Below, piece by piece: positions 45,330-58,677 of a DNA stretch of 64,000 bases. A program made the translations under genes and the position numbers. How positions within the stretch are numbered: the first letter of the stretch is position 1; every line of letters begins with the position of its first letter. The notes under the pieces are model-generated. The model did no database searches. It was given only the letters and a program-made list of their open reading frames with translations, and had not been told where the DNA came from. The stretch comes from an uncultured Verrucomicrobiota bacterium (GTDB lineage Bacteria; Verrucomicrobiota; Kiritimatiellia; PWTM01): positions 12,702 to 76,701 of the forward strand of contig CAYODK010000001.1 in the NCBI GenBank assembly GCA_964402695.1. The letters are read 5' to 3'.

Positions 45330-46403
45330 CTACTGCGCCGCGATTTTGCTGCGGTAGGACTCGACCTCCCAGTTGTCGATGAAGTCGCGGGCGCGGTCGG
45401 CCAGGTAATGGATCCCTCCGAAGGCGGAGGCGAGCTGCTCGACGAGGGCGCCGTCCTGCGCGAACTCCAGCGCCAGCGCCGCGTTCTTCGCGTTCGTGCC
45501 GACGCCCCACACCGCGCCGCCGGCCGCGACGACCTTCGGCGCGTAGCCATGCTTCGCCTTGTACCGGGCGACCGCGTTCGGCGTGGGCGCCGTGCGCAGC
45601 GGGTAGGACTTCGAATAGACGATGTGGTCCGGGCTGATCGGTCCGGCCGGGACGGGGATCGCCCCGCCCGCGGCAACGCCGGCCGCGTCGGGCCCGAGCG
45701 AGGCCTGGAGCTGCGCCGTCATGGCCGCAACGTCCGCGGCGGCCGGCGGCGGGCCCATCTTGAGGATCGTGGATACGCGGGCCTTCCGGTACTCGGCCGC
45801 CAGCGCGGTCATGACGCGGGCGTAGGCGTTGCGCACGCCGGCGGCGGTGTCGGCCGCGACGAAGACGCCGTGGTTCTCGAGGAAGAGCAGCTCCGGCTCG
45901 CGGCCGTCGCGCGCGACGCACGCCTTCAGCGCCTTGCGGACCTCCATGCACAGCGTGTAGCCGGGGTCGACGTAGGGCATCCACAGCGCATCGGGGAACA
46001 GGCGGCGGCACGCGGCCTCGCCGTCACGCCCGCAGGTCATGCCGTTGACGAGGGCGGGGTGGGTGTGGACGACGTAGCGTGCGGCGAACGTGTCGTGCAG
46101 CGGAGCCTCGACGGACGGACGCCCCTTCGAGGCCGGCCGCACGGCGGCGGCCATCATGTCCTTCACCAGCGCCTCTCGCGCGGCGGGGGCGGAGGGAGTC
46201 GGCACGGCGTAGAGGCGGGCCAGCTTCGCGCGGTCCATCGCGACCATCGTCTGCGCCGTCAGCCCGGCCAGCGTCGTGCCGGAGGGCTTCACCCACAGCG
46301 TATCCGCGTTCTTCGCCGACGTGTTCCCGCCGCCGCCCTTCACGTAGTCCGGCGTTCCGAACTCGTGCGACAGCCCGATGATCGTGTCCAACAGCCGCGT
46401 CAT
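45330..46403 (-). CDS. class II aldolase/adducin-family protein
   Basis: Internal start MTRLLDTIIGLSHEFGTPDYVKGGGGNTSAK...LWVKPSGT: class II aldolase N-terminal signature. Confidence 0.65.
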   Translation of the reverse strand: MTRLLDTIIGLSHEFGTPDYVKGGGGNTSAKNADTLWVKPSGTTLAGLTAQTMVAMDRAKLARLYAVPTPSAPAAREALVKDMMAAAVRPASKGRPSVEAPLHDTFAARYVVHTHPALVNGMTCGRDGEAACRRLFPDALWMPYVDPGYTLCMEVRKALKACVARDGREPELLFLENHGVFVAADTAAGVRNAYARVMTALAAEYRKARVSTILKMGPPPAAADVAAMTAQLQASLGPDAAGVAAGGAIPVPAGPISPDHIVYSKSYPLRTAPTPNAVARYKAKHGYAPKVVAAGGAVWGVGTNAKNAALALEFAQDGALVEQLASAFGGIHYLADRARDFIDNWEVESYRSKIAAQ

Positions 46404-46507
46404 GGTGTGCTCCCGTCGTGCCGGCGCCGGATCCTCCGGCGGGCGACGATCCGCACACACTGGCCGAGGCGGGCGGAAAACGCAAACGCGAACAACAACG
46501 CGAACGG

Positions 46508-46921
46508 CTACCAGACGGTCGTCACGTGCGGATACGCGCGGATCAGCCCGTCCGAGGTCACCAGGCGGGCGCCGTAACGGCGGGCCAGGGCCACAATGAT
46601 CCGGTCGGCCGGGTCGCGGTGGAAATCCCCGGGAAGCTGGGTGCTGGCGATGGCGTCGGCCGGACCCACGGGCTCCACATCGAGCCCGGGATAGCCGGAC
46701 GCGCGGCGGTACCACTCGCCGATCTCCATCGGCAGCGACAGCTTGCCCATGGCCACCTTGATGGCGATCTCCCACACGGAAATTGCGGATACCTTCAGTT
46801 CGCCGGCCTTCTCGGCGGCCTCGATGGCCGTCCGGGCGGTCCGGCTGAGACGTGACGGGTCGTGAAGCCACCAGATCCAGGCCTGGGTATCCAGGACCGT
46901 CAAGGCTGCAACTCCTGCCAC
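46508..46921 (-). CDS. vapC: PIN-domain toxin (VapC-like)
   Basis: LTVLDTQAWIWW...VSAISVWEI...LVTSDG: PIN acidic residues are present. Confidence 0.7.
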   Translation of the reverse strand: MAGVAALTVLDTQAWIWWLHDPSRLSRTARTAIEAAEKAGELKVSAISVWEIAIKVAMGKLSLPMEIGEWYRRASGYPGLDVEPVGPADAIASTQLPGDFHRDPADRIIVALARRYGARLVTSDGLIRAYPHVTTVW

Positions 46922-47136
46922 AGGTCGGGCATCGGCCGGTCGAAATCCTCCGTGACGCGGACAGGCAGGCCCCGGAGGGACCGGTTTCCGGGCGCGCCCG
47001 CATCCAAACGGTGGGGGACGATGTCCACCAGTGGAACCCCGCGCCGTCCGATCGACAGGCGCTGCGGGCTCCGGAGCACGCGATCGACGATGGACGGCAG
47101 CGACCGACGGGCCTCGGAGATGTTCAGGATGGTCAT
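46900..47136 (-). CDS. Phd/YefM-type antitoxin
   Basis: 78-aa MTILNISEARRSLPSIVDRVLRS...; overlaps the toxin start by 22 nt; a TGTACA/GTGTACAC palindrome cluster lies in its promoter region (47145-47171). Confidence 0.65.
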   Translation of the reverse strand: MTILNISEARRSLPSIVDRVLRSPQRLSIGRRGVPLVDIVPHRLDAGAPGNRSLRGLPVRVTEDFDRPMPDLWQELQP

Positions 47137-47209
47137 GGGAAACCTTGTGTACACATCATATGTACAACATGAGCTGCCCATGTGCAACTCCGAAAGCGGC
47201 CGGAAAGCG

Positions 47210-47241
47210 AAAACCCCCGCGGGTTGCCCCGCGGGGGTTTT
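47210..47241. terminator. bidirectional rho-independent terminator
   Basis: AAAACCCCCGCGGG-ttgc-CCCGCGGGGGTTTT: a perfect 10-bp GC stem with A and T tails, sitting between the hppA 3' end and the TA promoter. Confidence 0.85.
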
Positions 47242-47261
47242 CTGGAATCCGAGGCCCCGGG

Positions 47262-49337
47262 TTACTTCAGGAGCGGGGTGACGGTCTTGAGCACGGGCGC
47301 GATGACCAGCGCGACGACGCTCATGAGCTTCATCAGGATGTTCAGCGACGGGCCGGCGGTGTCCTTGAAGGGATCGCCCACGGTGTCGCCGACGACCGCC
47401 GCCTTGTGCGCCGCGGAGCCCTTGCCGCCGAGCGCGCCGCCCTCGATGTGCTTCTTGGCGTTGTCCCACGCGCCGCCGGCGTTGGACATGAAGAGCGCCA
47501 TCATGACGCCCGACACGGTCACGCCCGCGAGCAGGCCGCCGAGCATCTCCTTGCCGAAGACGAAGCCGACGAGGACCGGCGTGATGACGCCCAGCAGCGC
47601 CGGGACGGTCATCTTCTTGATCGCCGCCGCGGTCGAGATGTCGACGCAGCGGGCGTAGTCGGCCTTGACGCCTTCCTTGCCTTCCAGCAGGCCCGGGATC
47701 GACTTGAACTGGCGGCGGACCTCCTCAACCATCGCGAAGGCGGCCTGGCCGACCGCGTTCATCGCGAAGGCCGAGAAGAGGAAGGGCATCATCGCGCCGA
47801 CGAGCAGGCCGGCGCAGACGTTCGGGTCCATGACGTCGATGCGCTCGAGGCCGACGGTCTGTCCGAACGCCGCGAAGAGCGCGAGCGCCGTCAGCGCGGC
47901 GGAGCCGATCGCGAAGCCCTTGCCGATCGCGGCGGTGGTGTTGCCGCAGGCGTCCAGCTTGTCCGTGCGCTGGCGGACTTCCTTCTCCAGGTGCGACATC
48001 TCGGCGAGGCCGCCGGCGTTGTCGGCGATCGGGCCGTAGGCGTCGACTGCGAGCTGGATTCCCGTCGTCGCGAGCATGCCGAGGCCGGCGATCGCGATGC
48101 CGAAGAGGCCGGCGGTCTTGTAGGCCACCACGAGGGCGGCCGCGAGGACGAGCGTCGCGATGCCCGTCGAGAGCATGCCGTTGCCGAGGCCGGCGATGAT
48201 GTTCGTCGCCGCGCCGGTGGTCGAGGCGTCCGCGATGCGGTTCGACGGGCCCTTGCCCTCGGCCGTGTAGTACTCGGCCAGCAGGCCGATCACGACGCCG
48301 GAGGCGAGGCCGGCGATCGTCGCCCAGAACACGCCCATCGCCTTGAAGACCGTTCCACCCATCGTGTACTCGGCCGGGCAGAACTTGACGATGACAAAGT
48401 AGGAGACGACGGCGGTCGCGACGGCGGCCGCAATGGTGCCCATGTTGAGCGCGGTCTGCGGGTTGCCGCCCTCCTTCGTCTTCACGAAGAAGGTGCCCGA
48501 GATCGAGAAGATGATGCCGACCGCCGAGAGGACGATCGGGAGGAAGACCAGCTTCAGGTGCTGGGCGTTGTCCGCCATCGTCGCCGTGGCCGCGAGGACC
48601 ATGGCGCTGACGATCGCGCCGACGTAGGACTCAAAGAGGTCCGCGCCCATGCCCGCGACGTCGCCGACGTTGTCGCCGACGTTGTCCGCGATGACGGCGG
48701 GGTTGCGGGGGTCATCCTCCGGGATGCCCGCCTCGACCTTGCCGACGAGATCCGCTCCGACGTCCGCGGCCTTCGTATAGATGCCGCCGCCGACGCGGGC
48801 GAAGAGGGCGATCGAGCTGGCGCCCATCGAGAAGCCCGTCACGATCGGGAGGACCGTCGAGGCCACCGTCGCGGCTTCGCTGCCGAACATCTTGAGGAAG
48901 ACGACCGTCAGGGTCGACAGGCCGAGCAGGCCGAGGCCGACCACGCACATGCCCATGACCGAGCCGCCCGCGAAGGCGACTTCCAGCGCCTGGGGCAGGC
49001 CCTTGCGCGCCGCGTTGGTCGTCCGCATGTTGGCCGCCGTCGCCACGCGCATGCCGAAGTAGCCCGACAGCGCCGAGCAGAACGCGCCGACCACGAAGGC
49101 GACCGCCACCAGCCGGACCGAGCCCTTGTTGATGCCGGCCAGGATCGCGGCCACGACGATGATGAACACGGAGAGGACCTTGTACTCGCGGGCGAGGAAT
49201 GCCATCGCGCCCTCGCGAACGGCCGCGCCGATCTCGCGCATCCGCTCGGTGCCCGGATCCAGCTTGTTGATCCAGGACGTCTTCCAGAAGGCATAGATCA
49301 GCGCCAATACGCCGCACCCGATGCCTGCATAGATCAT
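47262..49337 (-). CDS. hppA: membrane-bound proton/sodium-translocating pyrophosphatase
   Basis: 692 aa and about 16 TM helices; GGG(I)[16 protein letters not shown] and DNVGDNVGD signatures; this is the C-terminal part of track ORF 47262..50957. Confidence 0.9.
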   Translation of the reverse strand: MIYAGIGCGVLALIYAFWKTSWINKLDPGTERMREIGAAVREGAMAFLAREYKVLSVFIIVVAAILAGINKGSVRLVAVAFVVGAFCSALSGYFGMRVATAANMRTTNAARKGLPQALEVAFAGGSVMGMCVVGLGLLGLSTLTVVFLKMFGSEAATVASTVLPIVTGFSMGASSIALFARVGGGIYTKAADVGADLVGKVEAGIPEDDPRNPAVIADNVGDNVGDVAGMGADLFESYVGAIVSAMVLAATATMADNAQHLKLVFLPIVLSAVGIIFSISGTFFVKTKEGGNPQTALNMGTIAAAVATAVVSYFVIVKFCPAEYTMGGTVFKAMGVFWATIAGLASGVVIGLLAEYYTAEGKGPSNRIADASTTGAATNIIAGLGNGMLSTGIATLVLAAALVVAYKTAGLFGIAIAGLGMLATTGIQLAVDAYGPIADNAGGLAEMSHLEKEVRQRTDKLDACGNTTAAIGKGFAIGSAALTALALFAAFGQTVGLERIDVMDPNVCAGLLVGAMMPFLFSAFAMNAVGQAAFAMVEEVRRQFKSIPGLLEGKEGVKADYARCVDISTAAAIKKMTVPALLGVITPVLVGFVFGKEMLGGLLAGVTVSGVMMALFMSNAGGAWDNAKKHIEGGALGGKGSAAHKAAVVGDTVGDPFKDTAGPSLNILMKLMSVVALVIAPVLKTVTPLLK

Positions 49338-49639
49338 CTGCTCTGCGTTCACGTGTGCCTTTCCCTTCTTCTGGTCTTCTGGTGATCTCGGACCGGCGGG
49401 CTCCCTGCCTCCCCGTCGCCGAAAAAAAGTGCGCATACTGTAGATCAAACGGTCACCCGGAGTCAAGGGCGAATCCGCCGCGCAGAAGTGGATGGAAGCT
49501 GCTGGAGAATAGACAGATACATTATGAGCTGGTCTCGGGCCGGGGCCGGGCGCGGGGCGGGCGCCCCGGCCCGTCCACCCTGCGGCCCTCGGTACGCCTT
49601 CCGTGCGCCCTCTGTACGCCGGTGTGCCGGCGGGTGTAC

Positions 49640-49687
49640 CTTCCAACCCTTGGAAGCCCGGCGGGTGGATCTTCCAAGCCTTGGACG
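49640..49687. promoter_or_regulatory. tandem CTTCCAA-N3-TTGGAAG palindromes 31 bp apart upstream of the DUF5060 hydrolase gene
   Basis: cttccaacccttggaag (49640-49656) and cttccaagccttggacg (49671-49687). Confidence 0.5.
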
Positions 49688-49718
49688 TACGCGACCCGCC
49701 CGGGGGAGGGTTCCGCGC

Positions 49719-51671
49719 ATGGGCGGAGTGGACAGGGGCAGGCCGGGGCGTCCCGCGCGTCCCTCCCGGGGCCGCGCGTCGCTGGTCGCAGCCGGTTGCG
49801 TGCTGGCCTCCGCCGTGTCGGAGGCCGCGCCGACGCTGGAGGCGGCGACGAACCGCGTCGGCCGTTTCGAGACCCTCGAATTCCGCCTCGATCCGGGGGC
49901 GGCCTACACGAACGTCTTCGACCCGGCCGAGGTGGATCTCCGGCTGGAGGTTCGCGGCCCCGGCGGCGGGGTGACGACCGTCCCGGCGTTCTGGACGGCC
50001 CCGCACGCGCTGCGGACGCCCCCGCAGGGCGAACGCCGCCGCGAATGGGCCGAGCCGGACGGGGCCCCGGGCTGGCGCGCCCGCTTCGCGCCGGCGGAGA
50101 CCGGCCGCCACAGCGCCGTCGCCCGGCTCCATGACCGGCGCGGGGAGGCGGTGTCCGGCGCGGTCGCCTTCGAGGCCGTTGTCTCGACGAACCGCGGTTA
50201 TGTCCGCGTGTCGAAGCGCGATCCGCGCTTCCTCGAACTCGACGACGGAACCCCGTTCTTTGCGATCGGGCAGGACGTCGCCTTCATCGGCCCGATGCAG
50301 CACGTCACCCCCGGCCGCGTCGGCGGCGTCTTCCGGCGGATGGCGGAGCACGGCGCGAACTACGCCCGCATCTGGACCTGCTGCGGCGACTGGGCGATGA
50401 GCCTCGAGCCGGGCCGCGGGGGGGCGGGGCCCTCGGACGGGCGGCCCCGCGCCGCCCCTGCGCCGGACACGCCGCGGGGCATGGGCGTCTACAACCAGCC
50501 CGACGCCGCCATTCTCGACCGCGTTGTCGCCGACGCCGAAGCGGCGGGCATCCGGCTGCAGCTCTGCCTGCTTACGCGCGACCGCTACATGGGGCGGCTC
50601 AGGCACCCGGACGGGCCGGATTACGCCGCCGCGATCCGCGACGCGAGGAACCTGTTCCGTTACGCCATCGCCCGCTGGGGCGCCTCGACCGCGGTCGCCG
50701 CGTGGGAATACTGGAATGAGCAGGATCCGGGCCTCCCCGCGGGACGATTCTACAAGGAATTGGGCGAGTATCTCGCGGAGACCGACCCGTACCGGCACCT
50801 GCGGTCGACCAGCGCATGGGGCCCGGCGCCGAAGGACTGGGCCCACCCGGCCCTCGACGTCGCCGATCTCCATTGGTACCTGCGCCCGAACTGGAGCGAA
50901 CTGTGGAAGGACGCCGCCGCGGCCGTGGCCGACCGCGCCGCGTTCCTCCGCTCCCACGCACCCGCGCGGCCCGCCCTGCTGAGCGAATTCGGCCTGGCCG
51001 ACGAGAAATGGGGTCTAAGTCCCTTCATGAAGCAGGACCGCGACCTCCTTCATTTTCACGACGCGCTGTGGGCGTCGGCGCTGTCCGGCCTCTCGGGCAC
51101 CGCGATGTTCTGGTGGTGGGAGCGGCTGGACGAGATGGACGGCTACCGCCACTACCGTCCGCTGGCGGACTTCGTCGCCGGCATCCCCTGGACCACCGGC
51201 CGCCTCCGGCTCACCGACGCCGCCGTCACACCGGCCCCGCGCGTGCGCGTTGCCGGTCTCCAGGGTGGCGGCGGTGCTTGGGCATGGCTCTCCGACGCCG
51301 ACGCGGCCTGGTGGAACGTCGTCGTCGATGGCCGGATGCCGCAGGAGGTGCGTGATGCGGCGCTGTCGTTCGCGGGGCTCGCGGACGGCGAGTACGCCGC
51401 CGACTGGTGGGACACCACCGCCGGCCGCGTCCTGCGCGAGGACCGCGCCACCGCCCGCGGGGGCCGTCTCGCTCTCGCCGTTCCACCCTTCCGCCGCGAC
51501 ATCGCCGTGCGCGTTCGTGCCTCCCCGCCGGCATCGGGGCTTCCGCCCGGCCGCGCCGGAGAGAGGGTCGCCGGCCCCGGCGACCGCACCCACGGTGCCG
51601 GAGTGGCGGGGCCCTTCGCCGCGGCCGGTTCCGATCCGCCCATCCGCCGGCCCGCGGCACTCGTACCTTGA
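49719..51671 (+). CDS. DUF5060-domain glycoside hydrolase-like protein (TIM-barrel GH-A-like)
   Basis: [14 protein letters not shown]...[17 protein letters not shown]...TVPAFW matches the DUF5060 N-terminal beta-sandwich; followed by a cellulase-like barrel (NYARIWT). Confidence 0.55.
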   Translation: MGGVDRGRPGRPARPSRGRASLVAAGCVLASAVSEAAPTLEAATNRVGRFETLEFRLDPGAAYTNVFDPAEVDLRLEVRGPGGGVTTVPAFWTAPHALRTPPQGERRREWAEPDGAPGWRARFAPAETGRHSAVARLHDRRGEAVSGAVAFEAVVSTNRGYVRVSKRDPRFLELDDGTPFFAIGQDVAFIGPMQHVTPGRVGGVFRRMAEHGANYARIWTCCGDWAMSLEPGRGGAGPSDGRPRAAPAPDTPRGMGVYNQPDAAILDRVVADAEAAGIRLQLCLLTRDRYMGRLRHPDGPDYAAAIRDARNLFRYAIARWGASTAVAAWEYWNEQDPGLPAGRFYKELGEYLAETDPYRHLRSTSAWGPAPKDWAHPALDVADLHWYLRPNWSELWKDAAAAVADRAAFLRSHAPARPALLSEFGLADEKWGLSPFMKQDRDLLHFHDALWASALSGLSGTAMFWWWERLDEMDGYRHYRPLADFVAGIPWTTGRLRLTDAAVTPAPRVRVAGLQGGGGAWAWLSDADAAWWNVVVDGRMPQEVRDAALSFAGLADGEYAADWWDTTAGRVLREDRATARGGRLALAVPPFRRDIAVRVRASPPASGLPPGRAGERVAGPGDRTHGAGVAGPFAAAGSDPPIRRPAALVP

Positions 51672-51701
51672 ACGGCCCGGCAAAAGGGCCACAATGGCGG
51701 C

Positions 51702-53657
51702 ATGAAAAAGGCGGGTCGATTCAATGTGAAGAACCAGCCCGGCCGGGTCCCCCACCAGGCCCGGAAAGGCCGGCCGCGATCCTCGTGGATTCGAATCGCC
51801 GTTGCAGCCGTGTTCCTGGTCGCCGCCGTTCCGTCCCCCGCCCGCATGGAGGGCGGCGGGGAGGCGGAGGCGCTGAAGGCGTTCAAGGACGACCCCGAGG
51901 CCGCCGGCAAGGCGGCGGTGTCGCGGTCGACGTCCGACACGCTGGCGCGGACCGCCTTCGCGCACTTCGTCATGGGGACGCATTCCCTTCGCACCGCGGA
52001 TTCCATGAAGGTCATCCTGGGCTTCGCCGCGCGCGAAGGCATGTTCACGTCCGCCAGCTGCCACCTCGGGCTGTGCGGCCAGCGCGACACCGTCGTGCAG
52101 GCGCTGGCCGGCGACGGCCGCCCGGAGGCGAAGCGGCTGGCCGCCGGAGCGCTGCTCTTCGCGGCGCTGGCCGATCATCTTGACGAGGCGCGCGAGGCCG
52201 CGTTCGAGGCATGGAAGAAGGCCGCCGCGGAGGCGCAGTCCGACGGCGAGGGAGATACGGGCGTGTCCGGCGGCGCGAAGAAGAGGGGCGGGAAAGGAAA
52301 GGGGAAGGCCGCCGGCGCGGCCGGCAAGGGCGCCCGCGCGGCCCACGAGGCGCGGCCGGACAACGGCCCCGTGGTGGTGCCGGCCGCGCTGCTCCAGGGC
52401 GCCGCGCCGGCGACCGTCTCGATGGCGATCCGCGCCGCGGCCTACGCGAAGGACGGGTCCGTGTCCGACGCCGTCGCGGGCTGCACGACGAACGAGCCGC
52501 ACGTTGCGGGCGCGCGGCTGCTCTACGCGGCGCGCATGGGCCTGCCGCTCCCGGACGACGCGCTCGCCGCGGCATTCGCCCCGCCCCCGCGGGCGCCGGC
52601 CGCGCTCCCTCCGCCGGGCGCGCGCGGTCCGCGCGGTCCGGCGGACAACGTGCCCGACGCCCTCGACGTGCCCGGGCTCTGCCCGGCGATCGAGGCCCTC
52701 GGCCTCGCGGGCGATCCGCAGCACCTGCCGAGGATCCTGCAGGCCGCGACACACGAGGACCCGCGGGTGCGCCTCGAGGCCGCGCGCGCCCTGCGCCGCT
52801 TCGAGTCCGACGAGGCCCAGGCCTTCATGGGGCGCTGGCTGCAGGCCTGCGACGGGCCGGTGGCGGTGGAACTGGCCGATGCGATCGGCGCGCGACCGGA
52901 CAAGCGGATGGTCCCGGCCCTGATCGAACGGCTGCGGAAGGAGCAGGGGAGGCTCCGGATGGACCTCGTCCACGCGCTCAGTTCCATCGCCGGCGAGCAG
53001 AAGGCGCAGACGGCCGAGGCCTGGGCCGGATGGTGGACGACCAACGGTCCCTCGTTCGAGGTCGACGCGGCGGCGAGCGCGGCCTACCGCGCCCGCATCC
53101 CGGTGCAGCGCGTGGACCTGGTCGCGCTGGGGTTCTTCTACTCGCTGCCGATCCAGAGCGACCGCATCTGCTACGTCGTCGACTCGTCCATGTCCATGAA
53201 GGGCGACCGCATCGCGTCGCTGCGCCGCAACCTGGCCGAGTCGATCGACGGTCTTGCGAAGCATGTGCGGTACGACATCGTCGACTTCGGCGGCGAGGTC
53301 GTCGTGCTGGAGGCCGACGGACTTCTCGAGGACCGGCGCAAGGGGGTGAAGCGGGCCGAGGACATGCCGCTGTCCCTCGGCACGCGCGCGTACGACGCGA
53401 TGGAGCGCGCGGCCCGCATCCCCGCCGTCGACACGCTGCTGTTCCTCTCCGACGGCGCCCCCGTGCGCGGCCAGTTCAACGCGTGGGCGGACATCCTCCG
53501 CGTCCTGTCCGTGATGCACCGCTACGCGCCGATCGCGATCCACAGCGTGAACTTCGACCCCCATCCCGCGAACGCCGCCGCGATGCGCAAGCTCGCCGCG
53601 TGCCGCGCCGGACGCAACGCGGACGTCGACGCCGGCGAGGCGGCGGACGAGTGGTGA
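51702..53657 (+). CDS. HEAT-repeat protein with C-terminal vWA domain
   Basis: N-terminal signal-anchor; HEAT/PBS-like repeats (DPRVRLEAARALRRF...); MIDAS-type motif ICYVVDSSMSMKG. Confidence 0.5.
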   Translation: MKKAGRFNVKNQPGRVPHQARKGRPRSSWIRIAVAAVFLVAAVPSPARMEGGGEAEALKAFKDDPEAAGKAAVSRSTSDTLARTAFAHFVMGTHSLRTADSMKVILGFAAREGMFTSASCHLGLCGQRDTVVQALAGDGRPEAKRLAAGALLFAALADHLDEAREAAFEAWKKAAAEAQSDGEGDTGVSGGAKKRGGKGKGKAAGAAGKGARAAHEARPDNGPVVVPAALLQGAAPATVSMAIRAAAYAKDGSVSDAVAGCTTNEPHVAGARLLYAARMGLPLPDDALAAAFAPPPRAPAALPPPGARGPRGPADNVPDALDVPGLCPAIEALGLAGDPQHLPRILQAATHEDPRVRLEAARALRRFESDEAQAFMGRWLQACDGPVAVELADAIGARPDKRMVPALIERLRKEQGRLRMDLVHALSSIAGEQKAQTAEAWAGWWTTNGPSFEVDAAASAAYRARIPVQRVDLVALGFFYSLPIQSDRICYVVDSSMSMKGDRIASLRRNLAESIDGLAKHVRYDIVDFGGEVVVLEADGLLEDRRKGVKRAEDMPLSLGTRAYDAMERAARIPAVDTLLFLSDGAPVRGQFNAWADILRVLSVMHRYAPIAIHSVNFDPHPANAAAMRKLAACRAGRNADVDAGEAADEW

Positions 53658-54011
53658 CGGTCATTTGACAACGCGCGGAACGGGGGTAGGGTCAAGTCGG
53701 GCAGCGTGCGTTTTCTCTGGGTTCTCCACCCAACCTCCTTGGCGCGCGCTGCCCTTCGCGTTTTCTCCGCGCGAAGGCCGGGAGGGCCCGCGCGTGCCCG
53801 CCGTAGCCGTGGCGAAGGCGGGGCCCCGCGGGCCGTACGACGAACCCCCAATCGGTGATTCGGCCGCCGGGGCCGGCGACCCTCCCGGCGCATGGGGAAA
53901 GGGGCGGAGGAGTCCGGGCTCCCAGCAGTTCGCCCCTCCAGCCCGCGGCCGGTGCGGAAAAGGCGAATGGCCGGGGGTCGCCCCGGCCATTCGTGCGCCA
54001 TCCGGGTGCGC

Positions 54012-54968
<957 letters not shown>

Positions 54969-54979
54969 GGTCGTGTCTC

Positions 54980-56134
54980 CTACTCCGACAGGGCCCCGAG
55001 GAGATCGCCCTCCAGGTCCTTCACGTTTTCGATTCCAACCGAGATTCTCAACAGGGTCTCACGGATTCCCCGCGCATGGCGCTCCTCCGGCGTGAGCGCT
55101 CCGTGGCTCATGCGCGGGGGATAACAGATGAGCGATTCCACGCCGCCGAGGCTCTCGGCGAGGATGAAGACCTTCAGGCGCGACAGGAACCGCTCGATCG
55201 CCGCGAAGTCGCCGGCGAACTCGACGCTGAACGTGCCGCCGAAGCCTTCCATCTGCCGCGCCGCGAGCGCGTGCTGCGGATGGGAGGCGAGGGCGGGGTG
55301 GTGGACCCGAGAGATCCGCGGGTGATTCTCGAGCAACTGCGCCAGGTGCCGCGCGTTCCGGTCGTGCTCGCGCATGCGCACCGCCAGCGTCCGCAGGCCG
55401 CGCAGCACGAGCCAGCAGTCCCACGGCGCGGGCACGGCGCCCATGCCGTTCTGGACGAACTTGAGGGACTCGAACAGCGCGTCGTCGCGCACGACGATCG
55501 CGCCGCCGATCACGTCGCTGTGGCCGCCGAGGTACTTCGTCGCGCTGTGGACGATGATGTCCGCGCCGAGCTCCAGCGGCCGCTGGAAGAGCGGCGTCGC
55601 GAACGTGTTGTCCACGACCAGCTTCGCGCCGCCGCGGTGCGCCGCCTCCGCGACGGCCTTCAGGTCGGCGATGCGAAGCAGGGGATTGGTCGGCGACTCG
55701 ACCCAGACCAGTTTCGTATTCGGCTTCATCTTCGCCGCGAAGTCGGCCGGGTCTTCGACCGTCGCGTACGAGAAGTCCAGCCCCCACGGCCGGTAGATGC
55801 GCTCGAACATGCGGATCGTGCCGCCGTAGAGGTCCTCGCCCGCGACGATGTGGTCACCGGGACGGAGCGTGTGGAGGACCGCCGCCATCGCGGCGGAGCC
55901 CGAGGCGAACGCCAGTCCGTGCCGCCCGCTCTCGAGGGAGGCAAGGGCCTCCTCGAGGGCCTTGCGCGTCGGGTTTCCGGTGCGCGTGTACTCGAAGCCC
56001 CGGTTCCGGCCGATGCCGTCCTGCTGGAACGTCGAGGTCTGGTAGACGGGCACGACGACGGCCCCGGTCTTCGGGTCCGGCGCCTGCCCGTCTCGAATGG
56101 CTCGTGTTTCGAATCTCATGGGTGCCTGCTCCAC
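54980..56134 (-). CDS. cystathionine gamma-synthase/beta-lyase family PLP enzyme
   Basis: YTRTGNPT...SGSAAM...[12 protein letters not shown]: PLP-lysine region of the Cys/Met-metabolism family. Confidence 0.8.
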   Translation of the reverse strand: MEQAPMRFETRAIRDGQAPDPKTGAVVVPVYQTSTFQQDGIGRNRGFEYTRTGNPTRKALEEALASLESGRHGLAFASGSAAMAAVLHTLRPGDHIVAGEDLYGGTIRMFERIYRPWGLDFSYATVEDPADFAAKMKPNTKLVWVESPTNPLLRIADLKAVAEAAHRGGAKLVVDNTFATPLFQRPLELGADIIVHSATKYLGGHSDVIGGAIVVRDDALFESLKFVQNGMGAVPAPWDCWLVLRGLRTLAVRMREHDRNARHLAQLLENHPRISRVHHPALASHPQHALAARQMEGFGGTFSVEFAGDFAAIERFLSRLKVFILAESLGGVESLICYPPRMSHGALTPEERHARGIRETLLRISVGIENVKDLEGDLLGALSE

Positions 56135-56192
56135 GGCGTCCGCGGTGCGGGAGGGCGGGCCCCGGCGGCCCGCCGCCCCCTGCGCGCGCCGG

Positions 56193-58014
<1,822 letters not shown>

Positions 58015-58025
58015 CTCTTCTTTTC

Positions 58026-58070
58026 CGCCCCTCGTCCCTCGTCCCTCGCCCCTCGCCCCTCGCCCCTCGT
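58026..58070. repeat. six tandem CCCTCG(T/C) heptamers (G-rich on the coding strand: GAGGGGC x n, G-quadruplex-capable)
   Basis: ccctcgtccctcgtccctcgcccctcgcccctcgcccctcgtcc; a related 23-nt GGGGCGAGGGTCGAGGGGCGGGG occurs at 57567-57589 and again at 61755-61777. Confidence 0.75.
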
Positions 58071-58071
58071 C

Positions 58072-58512
58072 CTAGATCGCAAAATCCATCGCCGGTCGCT
58101 TGCCTCTCGCCCGGTGCTGGTCCGCGAGGGCCTCGAGTGTGATGGCCTCCAGGGCCTTCTCGAACCCCTCGCCGGCCGCGCGCCAGGCGTCGCGCATCAC
58201 ACCGGCGGCCACGCGGTCCGTTCCCACGGGTTCCGCGCGATCCGCCGGGTCCACCTCGCCGTCGAGGGCTGACACCACGTCCCTCAACGTGATGCTCCGC
58301 AGGGTGCGTGCCAGCCGGTAGCCGCCCGCCGCCCCCCGCACCGCCTCGACCAGTTGAGCCGTCTTCAGCGCCGCCGCGACCTGCCAGAGGTACTTCTCCG
58401 ACACGCCCTGCCGCGCCGCCGTCGCCCCGAGCGACACCGCCCCCTTCCCGCCGTGGATCGCCAGATCCAGCAGCAGCCGGGCCCCATATCGACTCCGCGT
58501 TGACAGCTTCAT
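58072..58512 (-). CDS. Rrf2-family transcriptional regulator (IscR/CymR-like)
   Basis: MKLSTRSRYGARLLLDLAIH...VSLGATAARQGVSEKYLWQVAAALKTAQLVEAVRGAAGGYRLAR: Rrf2 wHTH. Confidence 0.75.
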   Translation of the reverse strand: MKLSTRSRYGARLLLDLAIHGGKGAVSLGATAARQGVSEKYLWQVAAALKTAQLVEAVRGAAGGYRLARTLRSITLRDVVSALDGEVDPADRAEPVGTDRVAAGVMRDAWRAAGEGFEKALEAITLEALADQHRARGKRPAMDFAI

Positions 58513-58677
58513 GATCTCCACCAAGTCAATCGAGATAAGAGATAATACGTCTCTTCGGTCCCATGTCAAGGCCGGCCGGCAGTTTCGAATCCCGCCGACA
58601 TCATCCGCTGCCCGTTCCCTGGCAACCCGTGCGGACTTCGATAGCCGATGGCGGGTGTTCGGCGTTTGAGGTCCGCC

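Noticed and set aside
47031-49385. 784-aa plus-strand ORF
   Set aside because: It is antisense to the H+-pyrophosphatase gene; Asp/Arg/Gly-rich nonsense.
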